From Takakia lepidozioides (lineage: Eukaryota; Plantae; Bryophyta), in contig CM060734.1 of NCBI GenBank assembly GCA_030704615.1, positions 45,136,001 through 45,200,000 of the forward strand: DNA of 64,000 nt, read 5' to 3'. The notes under the pieces were generated by a model that saw only the letters and a program-made list of their open reading frames with translations, ran no database searches and was not told the DNA's origin. Shown here in pieces: positions 11,930 through 23,634 of the stretch (the stretch's first letter is position 1; each line of letters opens with the position of its first letter). The position numbers and the translations under genes were made by a program.

Positions 11930-12400
11930 AGGCCCTACAAGTGCTTTTCTTTCACTCCAAGTGGAAACCAGCCCTAGACCTTCCGTTCTAGCTCTCTAAG
12001 GCTTGAAAACAAGAGCCTCAATGGGCTGAAGGCATGCTCCACACATGCCCCACTCTCACCATAAGAGAATCAGCTCCTTTGCTTCATTTCTTGCACCCAC
12101 AAACCTGAAAATACAAGCTTCAGCAGGCTGAAAGCATGCTCTACATGCCCTACAGGGAAACCAGCCCCTTCCTTCCTTCCTTGCACTCCCACACCTAAAA
12201 GTGCAAGCCTTCACCAGGCTGATAGCATGCTCCACACATACATTGCCCTCACATAAGGGAAGTCAGCCCTTCCCTCTTCCTTGCTTGCCCTCCAAGCTTG
12301 AAGATGGAAGCTTCAATGAGCTGAATACATGCTCCACACATGCAACCTCTTCACACAAGAGATATCAGCCCCCTATCTTGGCTCCTTGGCTCCTTGATGC
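11930..12400. repeat. Degenerate ~95-100-bp tandem repeat (about 4 copies) in the element leader
   Basis: gctga(a/t)..catgctc(c/t)aca recurs at ~12026, 12128, 12218, 12320, each followed by (a/t)cagcc/cagct-pyrimidine runs. Confidence 0.7.
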
Positions 12401-13042
12401 TCTCTAAGACAAGACTAAGCACTCCACAGCCTTTGCCAAGCTCCTGAAACCCTAAGGCTTACATTTCCAGCCACAAGACACTTCTCTTGTGGTGCAAGAG
12501 CTCTTCTTCCAAGCTCTGAAACCCTAGGTGCACATTCCATGGCCTTGCCGCACCTCTTAGCTCCTGTTCCAGCCCTGCTCTTGCCATGACAAGAGCCCTC
12601 TCAATGCTGAAGCTCGAGATTGAAACCCAATCTCACCATACTCCACAAAGTGCATTGATTTGCCCCAAGCCAAATCAGCCTTTTCGTTTGGTCTTGCAAT
12701 CCTTCACACAATGAAAGCTCGCATTCCCAAGTCCAGTTCTCAGCTTTGCCACCAAAGCCACTATAACCTGCTCTTGACTGGTCCTCTTCCCAATCGTGCT
12801 TGCTCATGCATGTACACAATCTGGAACCATCAAGGTGCTCTGGAATTACCTGCAGCATGGTGCTTTCATCTCTGAAGCTGAAGATCGAATGCCAAGGTCT
12901 ACCACCTCGTAACCCACATCGCCTCCGCTTCTAACAACCAAGAGCTCCACGGTGCTCCTTGCATAACAACCTGGTTTCTCTCATTCTCAAGCAAAAACCA
13001 CAAGTGCTACAACTAACTCGTATCTGGCACTCATAGATACGA

Positions 13043-13059
13043 GCTCACCTTTCTCGAGT
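13043..13059 (-). promoter_or_regulatory. Primer-binding-site position; complementary to 13223-13239 in the element's own 5' repeat (candidate self-priming site)
   Basis: gctcacctttctcgagt is the exact reverse complement of actcgagaaaggtgagc; no TGG start of a tRNA-type PBS. Confidence 0.6.
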
Positions 13060-13385
13060 GATAAAGAAGAGGAATACAAGCACAAGCTCATGCGAGCTCA
13101 CAAAGCTGAAGCATAAACTCAGGCATATATAACCTCATCACTCAAATACAAGTCAAGCCAAGTGCACCCCACGCCATGGGGAATCCACACTACGGCGCCA
13201 TAGCTAGGCGCGGTGAGGCTCAACTCGAGAAAGGTGAGCCTCCCGCGCTTGCCGTGAAGATAACCACTCCAGGGCCTAAATCTGCCTTGACCCCTGGATT
13301 GACACTTGGGCCAATCCCAAATATCAATATGTAAAAGCTAGCTATTTCCTAGCTAGTTTCACACTAGTGGTAAAATAACTTGACA
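13059..13385 (-). repeat. Terminal repeat A1 (5' end of element, LTR-like, TG...CA), 327 bp
   Basis: Matches 2451-2776 except for 2 substitutions and a 1-bp indel (by-eye alignment). Confidence 0.95.
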
Positions 13386-16300
13386 AGTGTCTCCGCAGAC
13401 AAGAACACACATTACCACCTAACAAGAATTGAACATCAAACCTCATACATCTTACTCGTTGCTCTTAACCATCACACTATCCGTTGCTTTCTAAAACCTT
13501 GGAACTATTTAATCTTTTATCTGCATTATCAGCACCTATAGACAGGTCATGGGCCCCTCTGGGCTGGGACCTACCACAGAGGACCCGCTTGCCCGGACCC
13601 ACCAGTAGACCCTCCAACAGGTAGAGCTAAACATGGGCCCCGCCATAGGCACACGTATGTGCGTTGACGGTGCTATTATCCTACAATGAGAGCAGAAGAT
13701 TGTAGGCCCATGTACCTTTTTGCAGATGTAAGAAAAAAAATGCATGTAATATCCATAGAAACTAACATATGGTGCATTATGCATCTATGGGTTCTCAAGA
13801 AAAAAAGAGAATATATCTGTAGAATTCATAGTGATAGCACAACACATTTGGTCTTGAGTTTTCCTCCAAAGGTTCTTAGGGAACCATGAAAATGACAAAC
13901 GTTTTGTATAAACATTGGTACCTTGTAAAATATGTGCAATATGAAATTATGATAATTGGATTTTTACTATATTATATTTTGAAGATATAAGCATAAAAGT
14001 TGGACAAAATGAAGAGCCGTCTTGCAGCTTGATGCACATTAGCCAAAGCCACTTGCAAGGCTTTGAAGATGGAGGCATGTGCTCTGTCCTCTCTCTCACA
14101 ATAGAGGAGGTACTTTCTCAACTTGCTGCCTACTAAGGTCAACCGGGAGCTGCTCCATAGCCTTGCAATTTGCCATGAAGCTCTCGTCTATGATATCAAC
14201 ACTGTCTTTCAATACATTTAACCCCTGATCCAAACTCATAAACCCCCTCTAGCCACCTGAAATTAAGGAATCAATTGAAGGAAGTGACAGTCTAAGAATG
14301 TACTCACCAAACAACATTGCACTGCTGATGAAGCTGCGTAAGGCCTCCTTGTCTGCAGCCAAAGTGCTTTACTGTCGGAGTGATACCATGATCTTGACTC
14401 AGAGCACACGGGGCGTGCAACTCGGCAAAACCCAAACTGGGTATGAAACTAGTTTGACGAAAACTAGGGACGAGTACCCCGAGTTTGGCCAAAAGTGGGG
14501 ACGAGTTAACAAATTGGGTACCAAACTCATACAAAGGAGAAAAACGCGGGATGAAACTAGTTTTCTCACCAAATCTTTATGGATAACTTTAATAAATTGC
14601 ATCTATAGACTGCAAGTTTCTAGTTTCTACCCTTCCAGAAGTAAAAGTCAATTATGTATCTGTTATGTTTACACCTATATATGCATATATTCCAAGAAAG
14701 GAAACCTGGGAGCAATAGCCCACCTACATATTCATTCTGATACTGGAAGTCTTTTGAACTGGTTAATTAATAGTCAATAATTCATTAATGAGTAGTTGGT
14801 TCAATCACTAGGGAACGTGAAAATGAACTTGTGAAAATGAACTTTTGAAAACTCTACAGTTAGTGAATGGAAGATACTTTATATCATAAATAAATATACA
14901 TAAACAAGTGACTTGAACATGACCTCAATGGATTTTCTATCACATTCTCAGATAGATATGTTCTACCGTAATTTTATACAATATAACTACATTATTATCA
15001 ATATTATAAGATACAATTTTTAATAGAAACATTTCCTAAAATTTGATTTGTTATTAGCTTTCAACCATGTAGGACAAGCGCGGCCTTTCAGTGGACAACA
15101 ATTCCTTTACACTGAAACGTCAAATGAAAAATTCAGTTCTTAGCTGCATCCACTGAACCCTCCCCCACCCCCCAACTGAACAAAAAAAAAGAAAAAAGAA
15201 AAATCCTGCTACTAATTCTGGATGTTTTTGGGTGTTTTTTTTGTGCTTAGAAGGATACCAAAGTTGAAAATTAAAACTTATGGCTGTGGGTGCAAGAAAA
15301 TAAAACATTCTCATATCCGAGAGCGCTAGTCTCCTTCACCATCATATCTGAATTTATTTCGACAGCTATATTTCAACTTAAAAACAATATCATGGATGCA
15401 AAACCTAATAACTTTATAATATTACAAAAAGGAAAAACAACAAGCTAATACCACTCAGCGACCCCCTAAACTCGCTGCACGATAAACACAACTAATACAT
15501 TGATCAACATGGGATTACCCATAGGGCACAATGGGGAAGAAGCTGGTATTTTTTCATTTCTCATATAATTGGTCATACCCAAGAGCACAGAATGGATGGA
15601 AAGGAAAGGCGATAGGTCTCTCTTTTGCCAGTGACATTTGATACACTCTGTTTAAAAAAAAAAATTGAAATTAAAAGGGGAGGAAGCCCTGTACTTCATA
15701 TTAATAGAGGTGTCCTGGAAAAAATAACCAGGACAGGGGGCCATGAGGCTTACATCTTGGTACACTCTTGAACCGAAGATTTTTTCTATTAAATTTTATT
15801 GTATTTTAGCTGATATACTTCTCACAAACTATCCCGACCGAGGAGAGGAAGGGAACAAGCTAGTGACATTGCGGCTAATTCCGTAAAAATGGGCGTGATA
15901 TAGCGGCCCTTGTTTATGTATTGAGTCATTAACGTCTACATACTTCGTTCACCAAGTATATGTCATTACAAGCCTCCGAATACTAGATCGATGTACACAT
16001 TTGGTGTTAGCAACAAAACGCTCATATTAGTTGTATACTTCGAACAAGGGGGGTAACTCTTTTAAAAATAAAAATAAAAACTCATTTGCCATCACTGTGA
16101 ATGGATGGATGTTACCTTTTATCCTTCCTACATTTTACCATAAGAGGAAAATAATAATAATACTTTCTTTACAATATGAACAAAAGAGAAAAAGAAAATC
16201 ATCGGCTATCCTCAATCTGCACAGCCGTCCCTTAGACGCGCCACGTGGGCCGTACAAGACCGACGATGCCCAGATAATGTTTCGACCTTGGATAGGGCTC

Positions 16301-19300
16301 CATCACCGAAGGCCGTTAGATTTCAGATCCGGCAGTTGTGCGAGGGCCACGCTTATCGAATCGGGGCCATTGAAAGAGAAGTTATCGGGTCAGCGCCAAT
16401 GGCCACCACCCGCCGCTCTCTATCTATCCGTCCGGATAAGCTTCCCTTCGACGGCCCATATAAATCAGAAAAATAAAACTGAAAATAAATAGAGTTTAGA
16501 AAATAAATAAATAAACCAAAACCTGCAGAGAAAAGAAAAGAAAAATATTAAAGTTGAAAAGAAAAAGAAAAGAACTACTTCGCGTGGACATGGGTACGTG
16601 GCGAGAGATGGTTGGGGGACACCGCATGGAGGAAGGTGGCAGGGCATGAGATGGGGATGGGCATACATAGCATGGCAGCGCCCGTTGCGCGATCTCGCAC
16701 CAGCCAACGCGAGAGAAGGCTGACCTTTCGGATTCGGCACGGGCTTTTGGAGGCTTGGATTTCGGGAGGGGAGCTGCATTTGGAGTGGCTCCAAATCTTC
16801 CAGACTGTGTCTTCATTCTTTGACTTGGAATGCTGTGGTCCACAACAAGGATTTGGTCTTGCCAATTTGGAGGTAGCGCCGCTGTAATCTCTGGCTACGC
16901 TTCTCGCAGAGCTGTAAATCTGTGTTCGCGGACGCTATTCCGAGCTCTGGCAACACATTCTACTGTTGGGGCTAAAAACAGTAGATGTGGCAGCGACGTG
17001 GGGAGTACACTGAAGGTGTCAGGGAGCCGTCCAGTAATCAGAAGCCTTGTCCGAGCCCCCACTGCTGTTCTTCGATTTGAAGTTGGCGAGAGGATGAACA
17101 TGTCACGAAATGCTACTGTTGTTCTGTCAAGAATTTTTCTCTGACAAATTTAGACACGAGTCGGATTGATGGGGAGGGCCACTAAGGCGGTCAACCAATC
17201 ACCGGCGCCTTGGATTCATTTCCAAACTTTTTCATATTTAGACTCGAGCTCTATTTTTCTTTATGAGATTTTGTTTCTCCTCTTGGGCACAATGTTACCT
17301 TTGTTACCGTAACCCGACTTGGGTCTATTTATAAAACTATGCGGAACAAGATGATTTGCGAGGAGTTCTGCGGCCTTCTGCCTCATGTTTGCGCGTGGAC
17401 AGCCGTTAGATGTTCGCTGAATATCTGGAGTATTTTGAATGAACTTTAAGAACATTGACCACGGTAAAAGTGTAGCGGCAGGAGAGGTGTACTGGGCCTA
17501 CACAGCCACACAAGACCAAAGGGAAAAGATACAGATACCGTACAGAGTGGGTTGGATCGCCAGCTGTAGTGTTGAATTGATTACTCGTAACCGAGGCTAA
17601 TCGGTAGAAGTCACAAAAAGGCGACAAATGGGGCATGTAGGAAAGTTCGTAAAAGACTTGTTTCTCATTCCATTTTCTCTTTCTACGTATTTTAGCAGTG
17701 TCTTGTGCACCAACTCGTGGAGCACTCGATCTCGGTGGTGGCCCATGGAACGTGACCTTTCAAGAGAACCTATAATTCGGTTGGCCAAACGCCTCCCCTG
17801 GAATGGCCCTGTGGTATGGGGAGAGGCGTTAGCGTTAGTAACTGTGCGAAATCAGCTCGACAGGAAAGGTGTGGCCCTCGTCATGTGACATTAATAACCG
17901 TCATCATTGGGTTCTCCTACAATATCTTCCCAGGAGGTTAGTTGGGTCAAGTATTTTGTGAATTTGCAAGGAATGAAGGTAGCTGCAGGCCAAAGGTCAA
18001 GATTAAGACCAAGAGTGACATTGGCCGGCCATTTATCTTCTTCATAATGAGGGGCATGTTGTAAGGTCGTTTGTGTTGACTGATGATTAATCGACATTTG
18101 CCCCTTCAAGGCTTCATGGACCATGAAAATGACTACACCATCAAGCATTCTCAAACTGTGGGCCCTTTCTGCTTGACCAAGAAATTTGAGACAAGTACTG
18201 CCATTGATGGGTCTGATTAAAGATTAGATTTCACCGGCCTATGCAGGGCATTGAAAGCACCTAATTGGACCCCTACAGGGCAGTAATGAGTCCCATATGA
18301 TGAGTTAATTTTCAGGTTAGTGAGCAAACCAAGACTTGACCCAAGTCGTACCTACTCAACTCACAATATATCTGGAAGATGGTTCCTAACAAGTGAAGAT
18401 ATCATATAGACTTTTGGGCCACAGTGTCCGTCTTCGGAATGGTCAGCATCTGAAAGGCAGGATATATACTCCCTCCTCAACAATGAGCGATCCGAAGGTT
18501 CCACTGTGCAAACAAAACTAGGGAGTAGGCTACCAAAAGCGAAGCGATGAGTGAGGGTGGACCCAGGCGGGCCCAAGTGGCACCCCCACATACATGCACA
18601 GACTGCTTAGTTATTGGCTACTAAATGCTGCACTGAAGACTGTATAGTCTACAAAGAGAGCAACTGTACATATGTACATATATATTAAGTTATACTTTAC
18701 AGGTGCTCTCACACAAAGGCTCTCCCTGGGCCCTGCTCAATAGACTGGGTACGTCCCTCAGGTAGCCGTGTCACCGTACAACACTTCTCTTTTTCACAAC
18801 CCAAAATCATGGCCGTCTGAATTAATGCACATGGCAAACTTGGGTCTCAGCACTGTAGCGGTGCTGATTCCAATCTCTCTCCAGTCTCGACATTCAAGGA
18901 GCCCTGATCCGATCACTTCCATCCACACTGTCTTTGAAGTATCGGTGCAGCTAAGGCACCCACTAAATATTGCTTATCCTTTAGCGTGGCCTCATCTGAT
19001 ATGCGGCGGCAACAGGTGGAATGCTACTCTACTGCTAACAATTAAAAGCAAAATCAAATCTTGAGGCATTGAATGCGATGAGAGTTGCTTATCAGCGCGG
19101 TACATATCACAGCTGCGGTGATGTGATAAGCGAGTCTCGAGTCTCAAGTCTCATGTGCGAAGAAGGGCCGCATGCGGCGAGGCGTGCGTGAGAGTGCACG
19201 GACACGTCTAACTGTTGGATAAATGTTTTATTCCGTCAGCCTGCCCGGTAATTCCGGCTACAGTGCACTCACTTTTTATCATCACGCTGCCCCGGGCCAG

Positions 19301-21394
19301 GATCGATACGATCCGAGTTAACGTAACCCTGGGGCTCATTAAACCAGGGTCGTCGTCCCCCGTGTGAAGCGAGATGGGTGCCTGTTATGTTATGAATGTC
19401 CCAAGGACAAGTCAGAGTTTGGCTTATGATGCGCGGTGGCACAGCTGTGTAGCAAAATATCTGCTTTCTTGCTTTGTCCTCCCTCTCTTCGCCACAGTTG
19501 CCTGCGAGCAAAGTTAGGTCCAGTGCATTTTTGTCTCTTGTTGTTAGCAGCTGTCCATCACTCCATAGGCTACATCATTCTCTCAATCACTTGCGGAGTT
19601 AGTTAGTGTAGCCTATCTAAACCAATCCTCAAACCTGTTGAATGCTGCATAGCTGTGAATGCAATATAATCCTTCTTGCCATGGACCCACACCTTTGTTA
19701 TGGACAAAATCCACACGTCTCCATCACTATTATCTATGAAACTAAAAAGTTGCAACAGATCCTCCCTATTCCCGCCTCGAGATGTGGGAGAATATTCAAC
19801 GCAGTAGAGACACCCGAGATTCCAATCTTCTTTTGCCAAATAGCAATTTGTTGTGCTAACTTAGTGTGATTTGCGAAGACATCTCCGGACCAAACAGCAT
19901 CAGCTGCTTACATTCTGGCCGTCACTCACCTATATCCATCCATCGCACACACTGACTAACTTACAGCCGCCAAATTCTTCCCAATCAGAACTAGCCGCCT
20001 AAATCCTCCAAAAATTGCAATATCTTAGTAGCATCACTCGTCCCCAGTTTAGGCCACAACAATCTGGCAGGCAAACTATCGGTCATACCCACATACAGGT
20101 AACAGAACTCCTACACACTCTTCAACATAATTAGTTACTTCCATCTCGCATCCAAACCGATCAAATTCACGGCAGATGAGAGTGATGAGGCAGGAGCACA
20201 GCTCCCAAGAATAGAGATGAGAAAGCTTCGCAGTAGAGTAGAGGCACCGCCAGGAAGGAAGGAAGGAAGGGAAGAGCTTAGAGGAGAGGGCGATTCAAGA
20301 TTCCACTCAAAGATAGAAAGGTGACGCGACGGCGATGGAGAGTCGCAGACGAAGTCGCGGCGGCGGCCGCTGTCGCCACCCCACCGCCGCCCGCCGACCG
20401 CCCACGTCGCTTTAAAGCGCCCGCAGAGACTGGCCGCGGACGGGCTGTGGCGGAACTGCGCGAACAGTATCGCCAGGCACCAGGTGCCCTGCAAGCTCTG
20501 CGCGCAAAATAGCCAAGCCGCACTCAATGCTGCGCTGAGTTTAGCCACCGCTGAGCTGTCACCCGCGGCTGGTTTCGCCAGATATCAATTACCCCATTAA
20601 TGCGCGTAGATTCTTGGTCATAAATATGGCGAAACCCGGCCCAGTAAACGAGCGTGCGCACAGTGTGTGGGAGCACGTTCCCATCTGCGCAGCCAACAGA
20701 TGCTGTTCCCGCCATAATTCCTCACCGCCCGTGGAAAGGTGAGGCTCCTATTTGTATTACATTATCCGGGTCGTCGTGAGAATAAATTCAATTTTTTTTC
20801 AAGTGAGATGGATGATAAATGATAGTTCGGTACAGCTCATCCGTTGGTTTTACTGACGTTTCCGTTGTCGCATGGCGCCTTCCGATCCTTAATCCGGCGA
20901 CATTAAATTCGGGACCTTATTATTAATAAGTTTTTATTGATTTTATTTAAATTATATAGATCATGGCCGGGATTAACCGACTCATCCACCCGTGGTGAAG
21001 TGAGGTAAAAGTCTGAACAGTCGCAGTAAAGGGCATTGAATTGTGTTGCACTTAGTTTTACCTTCTCTGTGGCTATGTTAATCAAGTTGCAAGGATGAAT
21101 AGTGTTGAGCTTACTTAAAAGATAGATGAATGAATTGAAACCTGGGGATAGGGCACAGGGTACAAGTCAACACAGAAAAGCGATCACTCATCACTCACAA
21201 TTTTAAAATATTTGTTTCTGATATGGTCGTTAAGAAACAATTCTGTCTAGATTTGCACTTGATTGTGGACGTCATAGAATTGAGGATGAAAATAATCTCA
21301 AAATTGGTGAAAGATAATGGTGGTAATATATGAAAAAACTTCAAAATGGATGATGGATGGATGATAACTTGTACTCATGTATGACAAGCATCAA

Positions 21395-21800
21395 CGAGAA
21401 AATAATGTAACAACAATTTCAGTTGAGTGGGTGACAATACTGAACCCACGTGACTGAGAAAGAAAACCTGAACATTTATAGTAAGACTTTAAAAAAAAAA
21501 AAGTAAAACTGTTTTTAATAATATGAGAAAATAATGTAATAACAATTTTCTGACCGTCAATACTGAACCCACAGAAAGAAACCTGAACATTTATAGTAAA
21601 ACTGTCTTTAATAAAATGAGAAAATAACGTAATAACAGTTGAGTCAGTGACAGTACTGAACCAAAAAACAAAACTGAATATTTATAATAAAATGTTTTTA
21701 ATAATATGATAAAATAATTAAATGACAATTTCAGTTGAGTCGGTGACAGTACTAAACCATAAAAACAAAAACTGAACATTTATACTAAAACTGTTTTTAA
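21395..21800. repeat. AT-rich tandem repeat, ~90-100-bp unit, about 4 copies
   Basis: Recurring gagaaaataa..taa..aca...cagttgagt..gtgaca.tactgaacc...ctgaacatttata.taaaactgtttttaa. Confidence 0.8.
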
Positions 21801-22040
21801 TGATAAAACTTAATGAAGTAAAAGAGACAAAAGCATGCTTATTGCTAAAAGCGGAGTTTAAGTTATTGAGAACAATGGCAAGTGCAAAACATAAGGTTAA
21901 ATAAGAGAGAGTGGCAGGCCTCCATAAGTAGCCTCAAACCGTGGAATTTAGATCATGGGGCGGTTACATTAATGCCATGTTTTCGTTTGCTCGAACTTGC
22001 ATCTGACATTTACTATTTCTTAGAAATAAATCGCCTGCCT

Positions 22041-22112
22041 GCGGCTGGTAGCTCAGTTGGTCTAGTACACTATGTATCAACCCGGTGGATCGGGGTTCGA
22101 ATCCTGCCACTC
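22041..22112 (+). mobile_element. tRNA-derived Pol III head (SINE head or tRNA pseudogene)
   Basis: A box TAGCTCAGTTGG (~22049-22060) and B box GGTTCGAATCC (~22094-22104) at tRNA spacing; no clean anticodon or acceptor stem. Confidence 0.65.
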
Positions 22113-23528
22113 TGTCCTGTAGGAAAGGTGATTTGCTCAAAACCAGACCAGACATTGTGAAACCCACCTCGGTTTATATCTGTGGGAGAGAGGGCTATAT
22201 AATTCCAAGGTGGGTTATGTGTGGGCGTGGACACTGGGGACAAAGTTGATCGTGTTTGTGTTTGAGTTGTGTACGCAACGAATTGTTTGGTCAAATGGAC
22301 GGTCAAGGGAGGTGAGGTAGAAGTGGCGGTGTTTGACTGGTTTTAAGTTTTTGCTTCTTGCATGTAGTAAGTATCAAAATGTTACTTCTGGATATGAAAG
22401 TTACTAGGCAAATGTTCAAATTTTGAACACATTTGTCTTCCAGAAAATGGCAATGAATGACAACATGATGGGGGGGGGGGGGTATTTCTATTTCCATGTC
22501 TGAAACATTACTATATTATATTGGTTGTAGGATAGCATCTTTACAGTAGAGATCTCCACAATGGAAGAAATCCCTCAAATGGTTCATTTGACTCTGGACG
22601 GTTGAATAATAATACTGGGTATGATCGGCCGGGGAATAGGTGGTAGTGCGTTGTTGGTAGCAGGTTTTGTGTTGGTCGGAACTCTAAGGCAGCCAAAGTC
22701 GAATTGTTTTCCTCTTGCCGGAGACCTTTACATGGCAGAAAATGATAATTTATTGTCACGGATAGATTATCATGTACAATTTATAGGCAAAATTTGAGTC
22801 CGATGAACTACAAGGACGGAATAGATGAACTTACTTACGTGTGCGTGACTTTGGCTTGACTTGTTGTTGGGCGTTCTTTTGTATGTGCGGAAACTGCCCA
22901 ACGGTGAGGTGATGACCAGTGTCCACATGCATTCCCTGGTGGACCCATGAAAGATGGCACTTTGACGTTTTCAAACTGAGGTTTATAGAACAAAGTCTGT
23001 TCAGACTTCAGACTTCGTTTCCGGGCCAGTTAATCATTTATATACTAGTGAGGCCCTTTATAAGAAAAATGGTAGACGAAAAGCTCATATTTCACAGCAA
23101 AAAAGTGACTACTCGTTCGGTGTCAGTTGCCTTTTTGTGCAAGTAAGCTCCCAACAAGGAATTCTATTGGTTAAAGTATAGCAACATTATTGTTTTTGCG
23201 AGGGGATGGCACCGCAAAAGAAAGAAGAGAAAAAAGCCGGTGGAGGGCACATACTCAACTAAGACTTGGACACAGGGCTGGAAAAGTGTTGAAGAAAAGG
23301 TCCTGAAAACAGGTGGCATTGGCTCCCAGCTCAGCAGCTGGAAAGAGAGGGCTTGGTGGAACATCAAAAACCGCCTAGAAATTCCCTTTTGCTACCTTCT
23401 CCGACGGGAAGTTTCATTCTGACTGGAGGAGGTATCTTACACCAGGCGGAACTCTAGGGCCTTACGAAATTCGTAAGGTGATGATTTTGGGGGGCCATGA
23501 AGGGACACGTTGGTTTCTTATGCCGGTA

Positions 23529-23634
23529 AAGGGCAACTGATGAGGCCCTTCCACCGTTTTTGAATGTCATGAACTCGGGCTACCACCTTCGTTCACGCAT
23601 TCTTAAAGGTGGAAGGGCCTCATCAGCTGCCCTT
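23529..23634. repeat. ~106-nt near-perfect inverted repeat (foldback hairpin)
   Basis: aagggcaactgatgaggcccttccacc...gaatg pairs with cattc...ggtggaagggcctcatcagctgccctt; inner tgaac/gttca stem. Confidence 0.85.

Larger units (their letters stand above)
2273..13385 (-). mobile_element. Ty3/Gypsy-type retrotransposon with split direct repeats, carrying C5-DNA methyltransferase and PHD domains
   Basis: Begins TGTC (2273) and ends GACA (13385), flanked by AGTG at 2269-2272 and 13386-13389. The minus strand carries gag, PR, DNMT, RT, RNaseH, INT and PHD motifs in Gypsy order (RT-RH-INT). Two pairs of direct repeats lie at the ends. Confidence 0.93.

Noticed and set aside
2451-13385. Canonical LTR retrotransposon bounded by the 326/327-bp TG...CA repeats
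   Set aside because: No TSD at these ends and no PPT adjacent to 2776; the TSD and inverted termini fit 2273-13385 instead.
22041-22112. Functional tRNA gene
   Set aside because: Acceptor and anticodon stems do not pair convincingly.
23547-23560. Hammerhead ribozyme core CTGATGAG
   Set aside because: No stem II followed by GAAA; the motif is simply part of an inverted-repeat arm.
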